A stretch of 52,047 nt of DNA from assembly GCA_947454495.1 (NCBI GenBank), contig CANGKD010000001.1, positions 1 to 52,047 of the forward strand, read 5' to 3'. Position 1 is the stretch's first letter; the number at the start of each line of letters is the position of its first letter. The DNA comes from Actinomycetota bacterium. Its GTDB lineage: Bacteria > Actinomycetota > Actinomycetes > Actinomycetales > Microbacteriaceae. Shown here piece after piece: positions 9,482 to 18,976 of the stretch. A model generated the notes under the pieces. That model was given only the letters and a program-made list of their open reading frames with translations, was not told where the DNA came from and made no database searches. Position numbers and translations under genes: made by a program.

Positions 9482-12400
9482 CTAAGACGCGATGCAAGAC
9501 GGCCCGAGCAGTGTCTTGACCTCGCCATAGAAATCCGGCGTCACGCGAATACGAGAGGGTAGCTCAAAGATTCGAGCGGCACCGTCACGCACGAGGCGAA
9601 GACGCACCTCCGTGTCGCCGGGATGGCGACCTAGAACGTCTTTCAGCGCCTGGAGAGTGTCGGTCGTTGCGCGCGTTTCGGACAAGACGAGGGTGAGGGC
9701 ACGACCCGGTTCTGTGGACGTAATCTGTGGAATAGCCAGCGAATGAGCATGGAGGGCGACGCCGTCATCCCGCTTGTTGACTCTGCCTTTGATTGCAACG
9801 ACCGTGTCTGTCACGAGCAACTCGCCGAACTCGAGATACGTGCGGCCCATAAACATAATCGTCACTTCACCCGAGAAATCTTCAAGGGTCACCCGGGCGT
9901 ACATGCTTCCCGCCTTTGAGGTACGTCTCTCCACTTCGGTGAGGAGACCGGCCACGGTCACCTGTTCCCCGTCGGTGACATTTTCTTCGTCGAGGACGTC
10001 GATGATGGACATACTGGCGTGTTTGGCCAACTCGAGTTCGAGGCCGGCGAGTGGGTGGTCCGAAACATAGAGCCCAAGCATTTCTCGCTCGAAAGCCAGC
10101 TTCTCGCGTTTCGACCATTCCGGACGCTCGGGAACCACGTGGGTCGCTTCCTCAAATTCGAACATGTCACCAAAGAGATCAACCATGCCGTGAGCCTCGT
10201 TCTTCTTGAGACTCACCGCCGAATCGATTGCTTCTTCATGGATTTCCAAGACTGCGCGTCGAGTCGAACCCATGGAATCAAACGCGCCCGCCTTGATGAG
10301 TGACTCAACCGCTTTGCGGCTGGCCGCCGCAGCGGGAACCTTTTTGAGGTAATCGTGGAAAGACGTAAAGCGGCCTTTTTCACTCCGCGCGGACTTAATG
10401 AGCTCGACAACGTTGGCACCCACGTTGCGGATTGCACCGAGCCCAAATCGAATGTCGTTGCCAACAGCCGAAAACGCACCGTCTGACTCGTTGACGTCCG
10501 GAGCGAGGACCTTGATTCCCATGCGTCGACACTCGGAAAGGTATAGCGCCAACTTGTCTTTGCTATCCCCAACACTCGTGAGGAGCGCAGCCATGAACTC
10601 GGCTGGGTAATTCGCCTTCAGGTAGGCCGTCCAATAGCTCAACACCCCATATCCAGCAGAGTGCGCCTTGTTGAAGGCGTAGTCGGCAAAGGGGACGAGG
10701 ACTTCCCACAGGGTCGTGATGGCGGCTTCGCTATATCCGTTCGCGAGCATTCCGGCGCGGAATCCCTCGAACTGTTTTTCGAGTTCTTCTTTCTTCTTCT
10801 TTCCCATGACGCGCCGCAACACGTCAGCCTGCCCCAAGGTGTAGTTCGCGACCTTTTGCGCGGCCGCCATAACCTGTTCTTGGTAGACGATGAGACCGTA
10901 TGTTCCGCCCAAAACCTCGCTCAGAGGTTCCTCAAGTTCGGGGTGAATCGGTTCGATCTTTTGCAACCCGTTCTTGCGCAGGGCGTAGTTTGTGTGTGAA
11001 TTCACACCCATCGGACCGGGACGATAGAGAGCAATCACGGCCGAGATGTCTTCGAAGTTTGTGGGGCGAAGCTGTCGGAGCAGGGCACGCATTGGCCCAC
11101 CGTCGAGTTGGAATACGCCGAGTGTGTCGCCCCTGCTCAACAGTTCGTAGGTTTTGGGGTCGGCGTCGAGGTCCAATGATTCCGGTTCGACAACCTCGTT
11201 TCGATTCGTGCGGATGTTCGCCAGAGCATCCTCGACCACCGTTAAGTTTCGAAGGCCCAGGAAGTCCATTTTGAGAAGGCCCAGCGCCTCACACGGTGGT
11301 TGATCAAATTGGGTAATCACTGCACCGTCGTCTTCACGGGCCATAATCGGAAGCACATCAATGAGTGGTTCCGCAGACATGATCACGCCGGCCGCGTGCA
11401 CGCCCCACTGCCGTTTGAGGTTTTCAATACCGAGAGCCGTTTCAAAGGCCGTCTTGCACTCACCATCGGTCTCGATGAGTGCCCGGAGCTCGTTGGCCTC
11501 CTTGTAGCGGTCCGCCTCTTTGTTATAGACATCACCGAGCGAGATGTCTTTTCCCATGACGGCAGGAGGCATCGCCTTCGTCAGCCGCTCACCAACCGAA
11601 TAGGGCATCCCCAGAACGCGAGAGGCATCTTTGAGGGCCTGCTTCGCCTTGATGGTGCCAAAGGTCACAATCTGCGCGACACGATCATCGCCATATTTTT
11701 CTGTGACATACCGAATGACTTCGCCGCGACGCCGGTCGTCGAAGTCGACATCGACATCAGGCATCGAGACGCGATCCGGGTTGAGAAATCGTTCGAAAAT
11801 AAGGCCATGCGCAAGCGGGTCGAGTTCAGTGATGCCCATCGCATACGACGCCAATGATCCGGCCGCGGACCCTCGACCGGGTCCAACTCGAATCCCTTGC
11901 TCACGTGCCCACTGGATGAAGTCGGCCACGACGAGAAAGTAGCCAGGAAAACCCATTTTGATGATGACGTCGATCTCGTATTTTGCCTGTGCCACGTGGG
12001 CCTCCGAGACACCGTGTGGGAAACGCCGCTCGAGCCCACGCTCGACCTCTTTGGTAAACCACGAGGCTTCGGTTTCACCTTCGGGAACCGGGAACCGCGG
12101 CATGAGGTCGCGCTTTTCAAAGCTGCTCTCACAGCGCTCCGCAATGACCAGAGTGTTGTCACATGCCTCGGGAAAATCTCGGAATACGTGCCGCATCTCG
12201 GCGGCGGACTTGAGGTAATACTCCTGCGAGTCAAATGCGAAACGATTGGGATCGTTCATCGTTGAACCGGATTGGACACACAGCAACACATCATGCGCAG
12301 CCGCGTCGGCCGCGTGCGTGTAGTGCAGGTCATTCGTCGCTACGAGGGGCAAATTCAGGTCTTTCGCTAACCGCAAAAGATCAGCCTTCACACGGCGCTC

Positions 12401-12994
12401 AATATCTAAACCGTGGTCCATGAGCTCAACGAAGAAATTGCCCTCGCCAAAAACATCGCGCAATTCGCCGGCCGCTTCCCGCGCCAGGTCGTATTGGTCA
12501 AGCTTCAGCCGTGTCTGTATCTCACCACTTGGGCAGCCCGTGGTGCCGATCAGCCCCGAAGAGAATCTCGACAGCAACTCACGGTCCATGCGTGGCTTGT
12601 AGTAGTAGCCCTCAAGCGAGGCGAGTGAGGACATGCGGAAGAGGTTGTGCATGCCTTCGGTGGATGACGCAAGAAGGGTCATGTGCGTGTAGGCACCGCC
12701 ACCCGCAACGTCATCCTCGCCTCCGTTGCCCCAGCGAACTCGGGTCTTATCGGAACGGTGCGTACCCGCCGTGAAATAGGCCTCCGTTCCAATAATGGGA
12801 CGGAGGCCCTTGCTCGTCGCTGCCGACCAGAAATCGTAGGCCCCAAACATATTGCCGTGATCGGTGATCGCAATTGCCGGCATGCCCTGTGCGACGGCGG
12901 CATCGAGCAGGGGTGAGACTCGTGCGGCCCCATCGAGCATGGAGTACTCGGTATGAACGTGAAGGTGAACGAATGATTCGCCGCGAGTCGACAC
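9482..12994 (-). CDS. dnaE: DNA polymerase III subunit alpha
   Basis: 1170 aa. N-terminal PHP domain (FVHLHVHTEYSMLDGA), polymerase core and OB fold are present, with no intein. GTG start. Confidence 0.97.
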   Translation of the reverse strand: MSTRGESFVHLHVHTEYSMLDGAARVSPLLDAAVAQGMPAIAITDHGNMFGAYDFWSAATSKGLRPIIGTEAYFTAGTHRSDKTRVRWGNGGEDDVAGGGAYTHMTLLASSTEGMHNLFRMSSLASLEGYYYKPRMDRELLSRFSSGLIGTTGCPSGEIQTRLKLDQYDLAREAAGELRDVFGEGNFFVELMDHGLDIERRVKADLLRLAKDLNLPLVATNDLHYTHAADAAAHDVLLCVQSGSTMNDPNRFAFDSQEYYLKSAAEMRHVFRDFPEACDNTLVIAERCESSFEKRDLMPRFPVPEGETEASWFTKEVERGLERRFPHGVSEAHVAQAKYEIDVIIKMGFPGYFLVVADFIQWAREQGIRVGPGRGSAAGSLASYAMGITELDPLAHGLIFERFLNPDRVSMPDVDVDFDDRRRGEVIRYVTEKYGDDRVAQIVTFGTIKAKQALKDASRVLGMPYSVGERLTKAMPPAVMGKDISLGDVYNKEADRYKEANELRALIETDGECKTAFETALGIENLKRQWGVHAAGVIMSAEPLIDVLPIMAREDDGAVITQFDQPPCEALGLLKMDFLGLRNLTVVEDALANIRTNRNEVVEPESLDLDADPKTYELLSRGDTLGVFQLDGGPMRALLRQLRPTNFEDISAVIALYRPGPMGVNSHTNYALRKNGLQKIEPIHPELEEPLSEVLGGTYGLIVYQEQVMAAAQKVANYTLGQADVLRRVMGKKKKEELEKQFEGFRAGMLANGYSEAAITTLWEVLVPFADYAFNKAHSAGYGVLSYWTAYLKANYPAEFMAALLTSVGDSKDKLALYLSECRRMGIKVLAPDVNESDGAFSAVGNDIRFGLGAIRNVGANVVELIKSARSEKGRFTSFHDYLKKVPAAAASRKAVESLIKAGAFDSMGSTRRAVLEIHEEAIDSAVSLKKNEAHGMVDLFGDMFEFEEATHVVPERPEWSKREKLAFEREMLGLYVSDHPLAGLELELAKHASMSIIDVLDEENVTDGEQVTVAGLLTEVERRTSKAGSMYARVTLEDFSGEVTIMFMGRTYLEFGELLVTDTVVAIKGRVNKRDDGVALHAHSLAIPQITSTEPGRALTLVLSETRATTDTLQALKDVLGRHPGDTEVRLRLVRDGAARIFELPSRIRVTPDFYGEVKTLLGPSCIAS

Positions 12995-13027
12995 GTGTGA
13001 GCTCCGAATAAGTCTGATGTGGAGTGC

Positions 13028-13972
13028 CTAGTCTACGTGCGCCTCAGGTTTCCCTCGCAGAACGGCCAACGCGTGTTTGAGGTCATCCGGATAATCGGAC
13101 ACAAACTCGACGTGCTCGCCCGACGTTGGATGAATGAACCCGAGGCGATGCGCGTGCAACCACTGTCGGGCGAGTCCCAATCTCCTCGACAATGTGGGGT
13201 CTGCGCCATAAAGGCTATCCCCAACGCACGGATGCCGTTGCGCCGCCATATGCACGCGAATTTGATGAGTTCGCCCCGTTTCCAGTCGAATCTCAACGAG
13301 GGAGGCACCCGGAAACGCCTCGAGAGTGTCGTAGTGCGTCACAGCATGCTTTCCGGCGCTCGTGACCGCAAATTTCCAATCCGACGAAGGATGCCGCCCG
13401 ACCGGGGCGTCAATCGTCCCGGAAAGCGGATCCAATTGCCCCTGAACCACGGCGTGATAGACCTTCTCAACCGTGCGGTCATGAAATGCTCGCTTGAGTC
13501 GCTCGTACGCGATTTCCGACTTCGCCACCACCATCGCACCACTCGTGCCGACGTCGAGTCGATGCACGATTCCCGCGCGCTCAGGAGCACCCGACGTCGA
13601 AATGCGGTAACCGGCGGCCGCGAGACCACCTAACACGGTTGGACCGTCCCAGCTCACGGCCGGATGCGCGGCAACTCCCACCGGCTTATCGACGACGACA
13701 ATGTCTTCGTCATCGAAAAGAATCTTCATGCCTTCGACGATCATCGGCGTGATGAGAGCGACGCGCGGGGATTCCCACTCGATATCCAGCCAGGCGCCAG
13801 CCCTCAATTTGTCAGATTTTTTGACGATTTTGCCGTCGAGAAATACGTTTCCTGCGTCACACGCGTCAGCCACGAGACCGCGTGAAATACCCAACATGCG
13901 CGCTACGCCAGCGTCAATTCGTTCGCTATCAAGTCCGTCAGGGACTGGAAGAGATCGCGACTCCGACGTCAT
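13028..13972 (-). CDS. rluD: RluA-family 23S rRNA pseudouridine synthase (RluD-like)
   Basis: S4 domain plus catalytic HRLDVGTSG motif. Start overlaps the lspA stop by 4 nt. Confidence 0.92.
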   Translation of the reverse strand: MTSESRSLPVPDGLDSERIDAGVARMLGISRGLVADACDAGNVFLDGKIVKKSDKLRAGAWLDIEWESPRVALITPMIVEGMKILFDDEDIVVVDKPVGVAAHPAVSWDGPTVLGGLAAAGYRISTSGAPERAGIVHRLDVGTSGAMVVAKSEIAYERLKRAFHDRTVEKVYHAVVQGQLDPLSGTIDAPVGRHPSSDWKFAVTSAGKHAVTHYDTLEAFPGASLVEIRLETGRTHQIRVHMAAQRHPCVGDSLYGADPTLSRRLGLARQWLHAHRLGFIHPTSGEHVEFVSDYPDDLKHALAVLRGKPEAHVD

Positions 13973-14508
13973 GGTGCGGACGGCGATTTGCGCGACGATA
14001 CCTCGCGCGTTCCATCGAGTTTGAGACCCAACAAGCTAAACCACGCGAAGAGAATCATGGCGGCAACGATGCACATGTCAGCAACGTTGTAAATGGCGGG
14101 CATCATCCAGGGCGTTGAAATGAAATCGATGACGTGCCCGTTGCCGAGGCCCGGTTCGCGAAAAAGTCGGTCGGTCAAATTGCCCATCGTGCCGCCGAGC
14201 AGCAGACCCAGCATGACCGCCCACCGAACAGAATGGATGCGCCTCGCAAGCACCGCGATGGTGACAACCACGGCAAACGCGAGAATGGAGAAGATCCAGG
14301 TCATTCCCCCGGCGATGGAAAACGCTGCACCGGGATTACGCACAAACACGAGATTGAGCACACCGGGGATGACCGTCACGGTGTTACCTTCAACAAGATT
14401 GGCCACGACCGCAGCCTTGGCTATTTGATCAACTGCCAGAACGATGACTGCCAAGCCAACAATGAGCGCGATCATCCACAAGGATGCGCGCCGCGCCGCG
14501 CCGCTCAC
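13969..14508 (-). CDS. lspA: Signal peptidase II (lipoprotein signal peptidase)
   Basis: 179 aa, four TM segments, NPGAAFS and NVADMCI motifs. Confidence 0.92.
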   Translation of the reverse strand: MSGAARRASLWMIALIVGLAVIVLAVDQIAKAAVVANLVEGNTVTVIPGVLNLVFVRNPGAAFSIAGGMTWIFSILAFAVVVTIAVLARRIHSVRWAVMLGLLLGGTMGNLTDRLFREPGLGNGHVIDFISTPWMMPAIYNVADMCIVAAMILFAWFSLLGLKLDGTREVSSRKSPSAP

Positions 14509-15062
14509 CGACTCGAGGCCGCCTCGGCTGTCATGCCGTCCAAATCTTTAAGTTGACCTTCGATATAGCCGCGCAGCTTCGAGCGATACTCACGTTCGAA
14601 GGTACGAAGCTCGTTGATGCTGTTTTCCAGCATCGCGCGCTCCTGATCGAACTTGTTGACCTTCGCTCGGGCCGACGTCTCCGCCTCAGCAATAATTCTG
14701 GCCGCAGTGGCTTGACCTTCGGCGACAAGGGCGTCGCGTTTCTCGATTCCTTCGCGCACGTGCTCTTCGTGCAGACGCCGAGCGAGTTGCAACAGATTGT
14801 TCGAACTCGTCGAATCAACACCCGCGAGTTCTGGAAAGTCCGCCGTGGGGAACGATGCGGATGGCGCCGCCACGGGGATTCCGCCCGCCCGCGCCTCCGC
14901 TGCAACTGCACGCTGGCGCAACTCGTCGTTTTCCTGGTTCAGACGGCGAAGCTCGACAACAATTTCATCGAGAAAGTCATCGACCTCGTCTTGGTCGTAT
15001 CCCTCGCGAAATTTCGTTTGCTGAAATCGCTTGTTGACGACATCTTCCGGTGTCAACGCCAT
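14505..15062 (-). CDS. divIVA: DivIVA/Wag31 cell-pole organising protein
   Basis: MALTPEDVVNKRFQQTKFREGYDQDEVDDFLDEI followed by coiled coil. ATG 15062 gives the canonical N-terminus (the ORF opens two codons earlier at GTG 15068). Confidence 0.9.
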   Translation of the reverse strand: MALTPEDVVNKRFQQTKFREGYDQDEVDDFLDEIVVELRRLNQENDELRQRAVAAEARAGGIPVAAPSASFPTADFPELAGVDSTSSNNLLQLARRLHEEHVREGIEKRDALVAEGQATAARIIAEAETSARAKVNKFDQERAMLENSINELRTFEREYRSKLRGYIEGQLKDLDGMTAEAASSR

Positions 15063-15143
15063 GTTCACTACGTCCTTTTCTTGCCTGTTCAGGTTCGCCG
15101 AGACTCACTCAACAAACAAAATCCATCCCAAGGCTAGCAAACG

Positions 15144-15440
15144 TTAGGCGAAAGCGAGGGCGACGTACATTGCAATGATGGCGGCAAGCAGAACCACGGT
15201 CCACGCGAAGTCAAGTGCGACGCCCCCGAAGCGCACCGGTTTTACGATGCGGCGCACAAACTTAAGTGGCGGATCGGTCACGCTGAAAACGATGTTGAGG
15301 AGCACGAGAAGAAACCCACGCGGCCTCCAGTCGCGACGAAGGACGAGAGCGAAGTCGGCAATGAGGCGACCCCACATGAAAAACGTGAAGACGAGCAACA
15401 CATAATAAACAACCGTGGCGAGCCACGACACGATAGTCAC
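15144..15440 (-). CDS. YggT-family membrane protein
   Basis: 98 aa, TM-rich, in the conserved position between sepF and divIVA. Confidence 0.88.
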   Translation of the reverse strand: MTIVSWLATVVYYVLLVFTFFMWGRLIADFALVLRRDWRPRGFLLVLLNIVFSVTDPPLKFVRRIVKPVRFGGVALDFAWTVVLLAAIIAMYVALAFA

Positions 15441-15467
15441 GATGACGAGAGGATTCGTCGAGAACGA

Positions 15468-15923
15468 CTAGTTGAAAAAGGTGTTGTCAACTTCACCCGT
15501 GTTTGCGGGGTCGTCTCCCGACACGGTCACGCTCTCTGGCGACAACAAGAAGACTTTGCTCGTGACTCGTTCAATAGATCCGCGCAGACCCTGGCTGAGT
15601 CCGCTGGCAAAATCGATGAGTCGCTTGGCATCGTGCTCGTTCATCTGGGTGAGGTTCATGATGACGGGGATGCCCTCGCGGAAGTTTTCCGCAATGATGC
15701 GCGCATCCGCGTAAACCTTGGGCTGAACCGTGACGATTTCGTTCAACTCGTTCACCACATGGGCTCCCTTCGGTGCGCGCGTGGGCCGCATCGGCGTCAC
15801 CTGTGCTCCACGTGGCGCCACACCGGTTGCCTGACGCTCCACGGGGGCCGAGGGATAGTCTTCGTAGCCCTCTTCGTCTGCGAGTCCGAGAAAGACCATC
15901 GTCTTTTTGATCGGGTTAGCCAT
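15468..15923 (-). CDS. sepF: Cell division protein SepF
   Basis: [14 protein letters not shown] membrane-targeting helix and a C-terminal SepF core (VIMNLTQM...RLIDFASG). GGAGG lies 7 nt upstream of ATG 15923. Confidence 0.92.
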   Translation of the reverse strand: MANPIKKTMVFLGLADEEGYEDYPSAPVERQATGVAPRGAQVTPMRPTRAPKGAHVVNELNEIVTVQPKVYADARIIAENFREGIPVIMNLTQMNEHDAKRLIDFASGLSQGLRGSIERVTSKVFLLSPESVTVSGDDPANTGEVDNTFFN

Positions 15924-15961
15924 GGGAATCCTCCAGTGAGTCAAACTCTTCTGATGTCAGG

Positions 15962-16666
15962 CTAACCCGGTAACGGTCGAGAACCCGTGATTGCCGTTCC
16001 GATACGAAGGTGTGTCGCGCCGTGCCTAATTGCTTCACGAAAATCGTGCGACATCCCCATGGAAATGAACGCAGCTTCCGGATGTGATTGTCGAAGACGG
16101 ACGCTCGCCTGGTGCACGCGGGCGAAAGCAACGTCGGGTGCTTCCTCGAGGGGTGCAACGGCCATGATGCCCATCAAATTGAGCGACGGTTCGCCGGCGA
16201 TACGGTCGGCAAGATCGAGCACGTCGGACTCGTCCGTCGCTCCGCCCCGCCCGCCATCGGTAGTGAGGTTCATCTGCACGAAGCAGTCGAGGCGCACGTG
16301 CTTACGTGTGCTGGGGTCACCCCCGGCCAACGCATCCACGAGGGACGCGCGGTCCACCGAATGCAACACGTCGGCGTAGGTGCGAACTGCCCGCGCCTTG
16401 TTCGATTGAAGCTGTCCAATGAAATGCCACCTCAAGTCAGGGAGTTCGGCACATTCCCGGGCCTTGGTTTCGGCCTCCTGATGGCGGTTCTCCCCCACGT
16501 TTCGCACGCCCAGGTCGTACAGGCTTGTCACGAGGGCAGCAGGATGGAACTTCGTGACGACGATTAAGGTCAAGTCTGAAGCGTCTCTCCCCACCGCGTC
16601 AGCGGCGAGAGCGATTTCATCTCGAACGCGGTTGAGACGATCCGCCAGGGATGCCGGCAGGGTCAT
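15962..16666 (-). CDS. yggS: YggS-family pyridoxal-phosphate homeostasis protein
   Basis: VVTKFHP (PLP lysine), WHFIGQLQSNK, LSMGMSHDF. The ATG overlaps the ftsZ stop (TAATG). Confidence 0.92.
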   Translation of the reverse strand: MTLPASLADRLNRVRDEIALAADAVGRDASDLTLIVVTKFHPAALVTSLYDLGVRNVGENRHQEAETKARECAELPDLRWHFIGQLQSNKARAVRTYADVLHSVDRASLVDALAGGDPSTRKHVRLDCFVQMNLTTDGGRGGATDESDVLDLADRIAGEPSLNLMGIMAVAPLEEAPDVAFARVHQASVRLRQSHPEAAFISMGMSHDFREAIRHGATHLRIGTAITGSRPLPG

Positions 16667-17883
16667 TACCGGCGCATGAAGTCGGGTACATCAAGGTCGC
16701 CCTCATCTGCGGGCAATCCAAGAGAGTACGCAACCGTGCTCGTTCGGGCCGGCTCCGTCAGCGCCGTTGCGAAATCCGGTTCGCTGTAACGATTGTGTGA
16801 TCCCGTATTTACGAACGGATCGTCGTCTTCGACGAGCTCGTGGGACTGCGCGAAGGTCGGCGGAACAACGGCGACAATTCCCGTTTCGAGATCGGTTGAC
16901 GGGACGAAGCGCGTCGAATCTGCCAATTTCTTTGGCTCTCCCCCATCGAATCCGGCAGCGATGACGGTGATGCGGATCTCGTCACCCAGCGTGTCGTCGA
17001 TGACCGTTCCGAAGATGATGTTGGCCTCGGGATGCACGGCCTCCTGCACGAGCTTGACGGCCTCGTCCGTTTCGAACAGTCCGAGGTTAGAACCACCCTG
17101 AACTGACACGAGAACGCCACGAGCGCCCTCAATGCTGGCCTCAAGAAGCGGAGACGCGACAGCCAGTTCAGCCGCCTTGATTGCTCGATCGGCTCCGCGC
17201 GCGGACCCAATTCCCATGAGCGCTGCGCCAGCGCCCTGCATGACGGATTTCACATCCGCGAAGTCGAGGTTGATCAGCCCCGGAGTCGTAATCAGGTCAG
17301 TGATGCCCTGTACGCCGGCGACGAGAACCTGGTCGGCCGTCGCGAAGGCGTCCTTCATCGTAATGTTGCGGTCGCTGATCTCGAGTAGTCGCTCGTTTGG
17401 AACAACGATGAGTGTGTCGACCTCGGCCCGAAGAGCGGCAATGCCCGTGTCGGCCTGAAGTGCGCGACGCTTGCCCTCGAAACCGAACGGTTTTGTCACG
17501 ACACCAATTGTCAGGGCACCAATTGACTTAGCAATCTTTGCCACGACGGGAGCCCCGCCGGTACCCGTTCCGCCACCTTCACCCGCGGTGACGAAAACCA
17601 TGTCTGCACCAGCGAGTGCTTCTTCAATTTCTTCCGCGTGGTCTTCGGCTGCCTTGCGACCGACTTCGGGATCGGCGCCGGCGCCAAGACCACGAGTCAG
17701 CTGGCGACCCACATCAAGTTTGACGTCGGCCTCACTCATGAGAAGCGCCTGCGCATCAGTATTGATTGCGATGAATTCCACGCCCTTGAGGCCACGGTCG
17801 ATCATGCGGTTGACGGCATTGACACCACCGCCACCTACGCCGACAACCTTGATGACGGCGAGGTAGTTCTGACTACTGTTCAC
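16666..17883 (-). CDS. ftsZ: Cell division GTPase FtsZ
   Basis: [23 protein letters not shown], and the C-terminal [10 protein letters not shown] peptide. GTG start with GGAGG 6 nt upstream. Confidence 0.98.
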   Translation of the reverse strand: MNSSQNYLAVIKVVGVGGGGVNAVNRMIDRGLKGVEFIAINTDAQALLMSEADVKLDVGRQLTRGLGAGADPEVGRKAAEDHAEEIEEALAGADMVFVTAGEGGGTGTGGAPVVAKIAKSIGALTIGVVTKPFGFEGKRRALQADTGIAALRAEVDTLIVVPNERLLEISDRNITMKDAFATADQVLVAGVQGITDLITTPGLINLDFADVKSVMQGAGAALMGIGSARGADRAIKAAELAVASPLLEASIEGARGVLVSVQGGSNLGLFETDEAVKLVQEAVHPEANIIFGTVIDDTLGDEIRITVIAAGFDGGEPKKLADSTRFVPSTDLETGIVAVVPPTFAQSHELVEDDDPFVNTGSHNRYSEPDFATALTEPARTSTVAYSLGLPADEGDLDVPDFMRR

Positions 17884-17889
17884 GTTCGG

Positions 17890-17916
17890 CCTCCGCTGAA
17901 ACCCTAACCTTCAACT
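17890..17916 (-). promoter_or_regulatory. ftsZ leader element shared with the MerR gene leader at 48243-48267
   Basis: The coding strand reads AGTTGAAGGTTAGGGTTTCAGCGGAGG, against AGTTGAGGGTTAGATTTCAGGAAGG upstream of the MerR gene. See findings. Confidence 0.4.
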
Positions 17917-18010
17917 CGAAGTCTAAAGTTATACTGGGTATGCAATTTATAAGTTGAGAGTACGTGTGTGTGTCTCACCCGTGACGGAGCGACACGCCGT
18001 TGAGGCGTCG

Positions 18011-18976
18011 TCAGCGGACAACCACGTTGTCCTTGGAAGACACGTCGTACTCATTTGCGGTTCCCGGAGGCCAGTTGGCTAAGAGTCCGAGCAGTGCCCG
18101 GATCTTGGTCGCGGCGTCATCGGGACTCCCCCAAAAGACGCGTTGACCTGTGTCACCCAGAATGAAGGACACATCATCCGCGGTCGACGCGCTGACCTCG
18201 GAAATACGGTCACGCAGGGTGCCCGGCAATGACCGCAAAACGCCAACCGCGGATTCGAATGCCGGGCCAGATGGCTGATCGGATGGCACGTGAAGAAGAG
18301 GAAAACCCCCCGGATACGACGATGCTGTCTCGATGGTCACGCCGGCGGCATCCGCCAGCATGAATGCTGTTCCCGCCGGCATATAGGCAACGGGTTGCCG
18401 CTCAACTAAGTGAATGATGAGATCATGCGGGGGTCGCGACTCTATCGAGTAGCTCTCGACGAGGTTTTGACGGCGCAGCACTTCTTCGATCCTCGAGACA
18501 TCAACAAGGGGAAGCGGTGTACCTATTTGGTCAGAAAGTTGACTCGAAATTGACGCTGGATCGACGCGCGTGGCACCGGTAATGGTGATCTCTTCGACGC
18601 GCATCACCGGTGAAAAAACGCCCACGGTGACAAAGACTCCGAGCGCAATGACCGCAACGATGCCCACAATCCACGCTTGGCGGCGTCGTCGCACGCGCGC
18701 CGTGAATCGGCGAACTTCATTCTTTTCGAACTCTTTGCGTGCCTTGCGGGCATCCCGGACCGCCTGACGGGCGAGAGCTGCTTCTTCACGATGCAGACGC
18801 GCAGTCGTACCGCGCGCAGTTGTGGACGAAACGCGGGTGGCGCGACGAACTCGAGTTGAACCCTCGGAGCTTCGAGCGCGTCTGCGGGTCTCGACGGAGG
18901 TCACGCGCGCATTATTGGCCGGAGACGGAGCTGGTGATTCCGTCCGCGGAGGTCGTGGAACATCCGGTCGCTTCAT
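18011..18976 (-). CDS. ftsQ: Cell division protein FtsQ
   Basis: Arg-rich cytoplasmic N-terminus, one TM, then POTRA and FtsQ domains. Conserved position; ATGA overlap with murC. Confidence 0.88.
   Translation of the reverse strand: MKRPDVPRPPRTESPAPSPANNARVTSVETRRRARSSEGSTRVRRATRVSSTTARGTTARLHREEAALARQAVRDARKARKEFEKNEVRRFTARVRRRRQAWIVGIVAVIALGVFVTVGVFSPVMRVEEITITGATRVDPASISSQLSDQIGTPLPLVDVSRIEEVLRRQNLVESYSIESRPPHDLIIHLVERQPVAYMPAGTAFMLADAAGVTIETASSYPGGFPLLHVPSDQPSGPAFESAVGVLRSLPGTLRDRISEVSASTADDVSFILGDTGQRVFWGSPDDAATKIRALLGLLANWPPGTANEYDVSSKDNVVVR

Noticed and set aside
15924-15970. GGGTTAG...TCAGAAGAG upstream of sepF, resembling the GGTTAG-TTTCAG part of the shared leader element.
   Set aside because: The TTAG here contains the yggS stop codon, the spacing differs by 5 nt and the AGTTGA block is missing. 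The similarity is too weak to claim.
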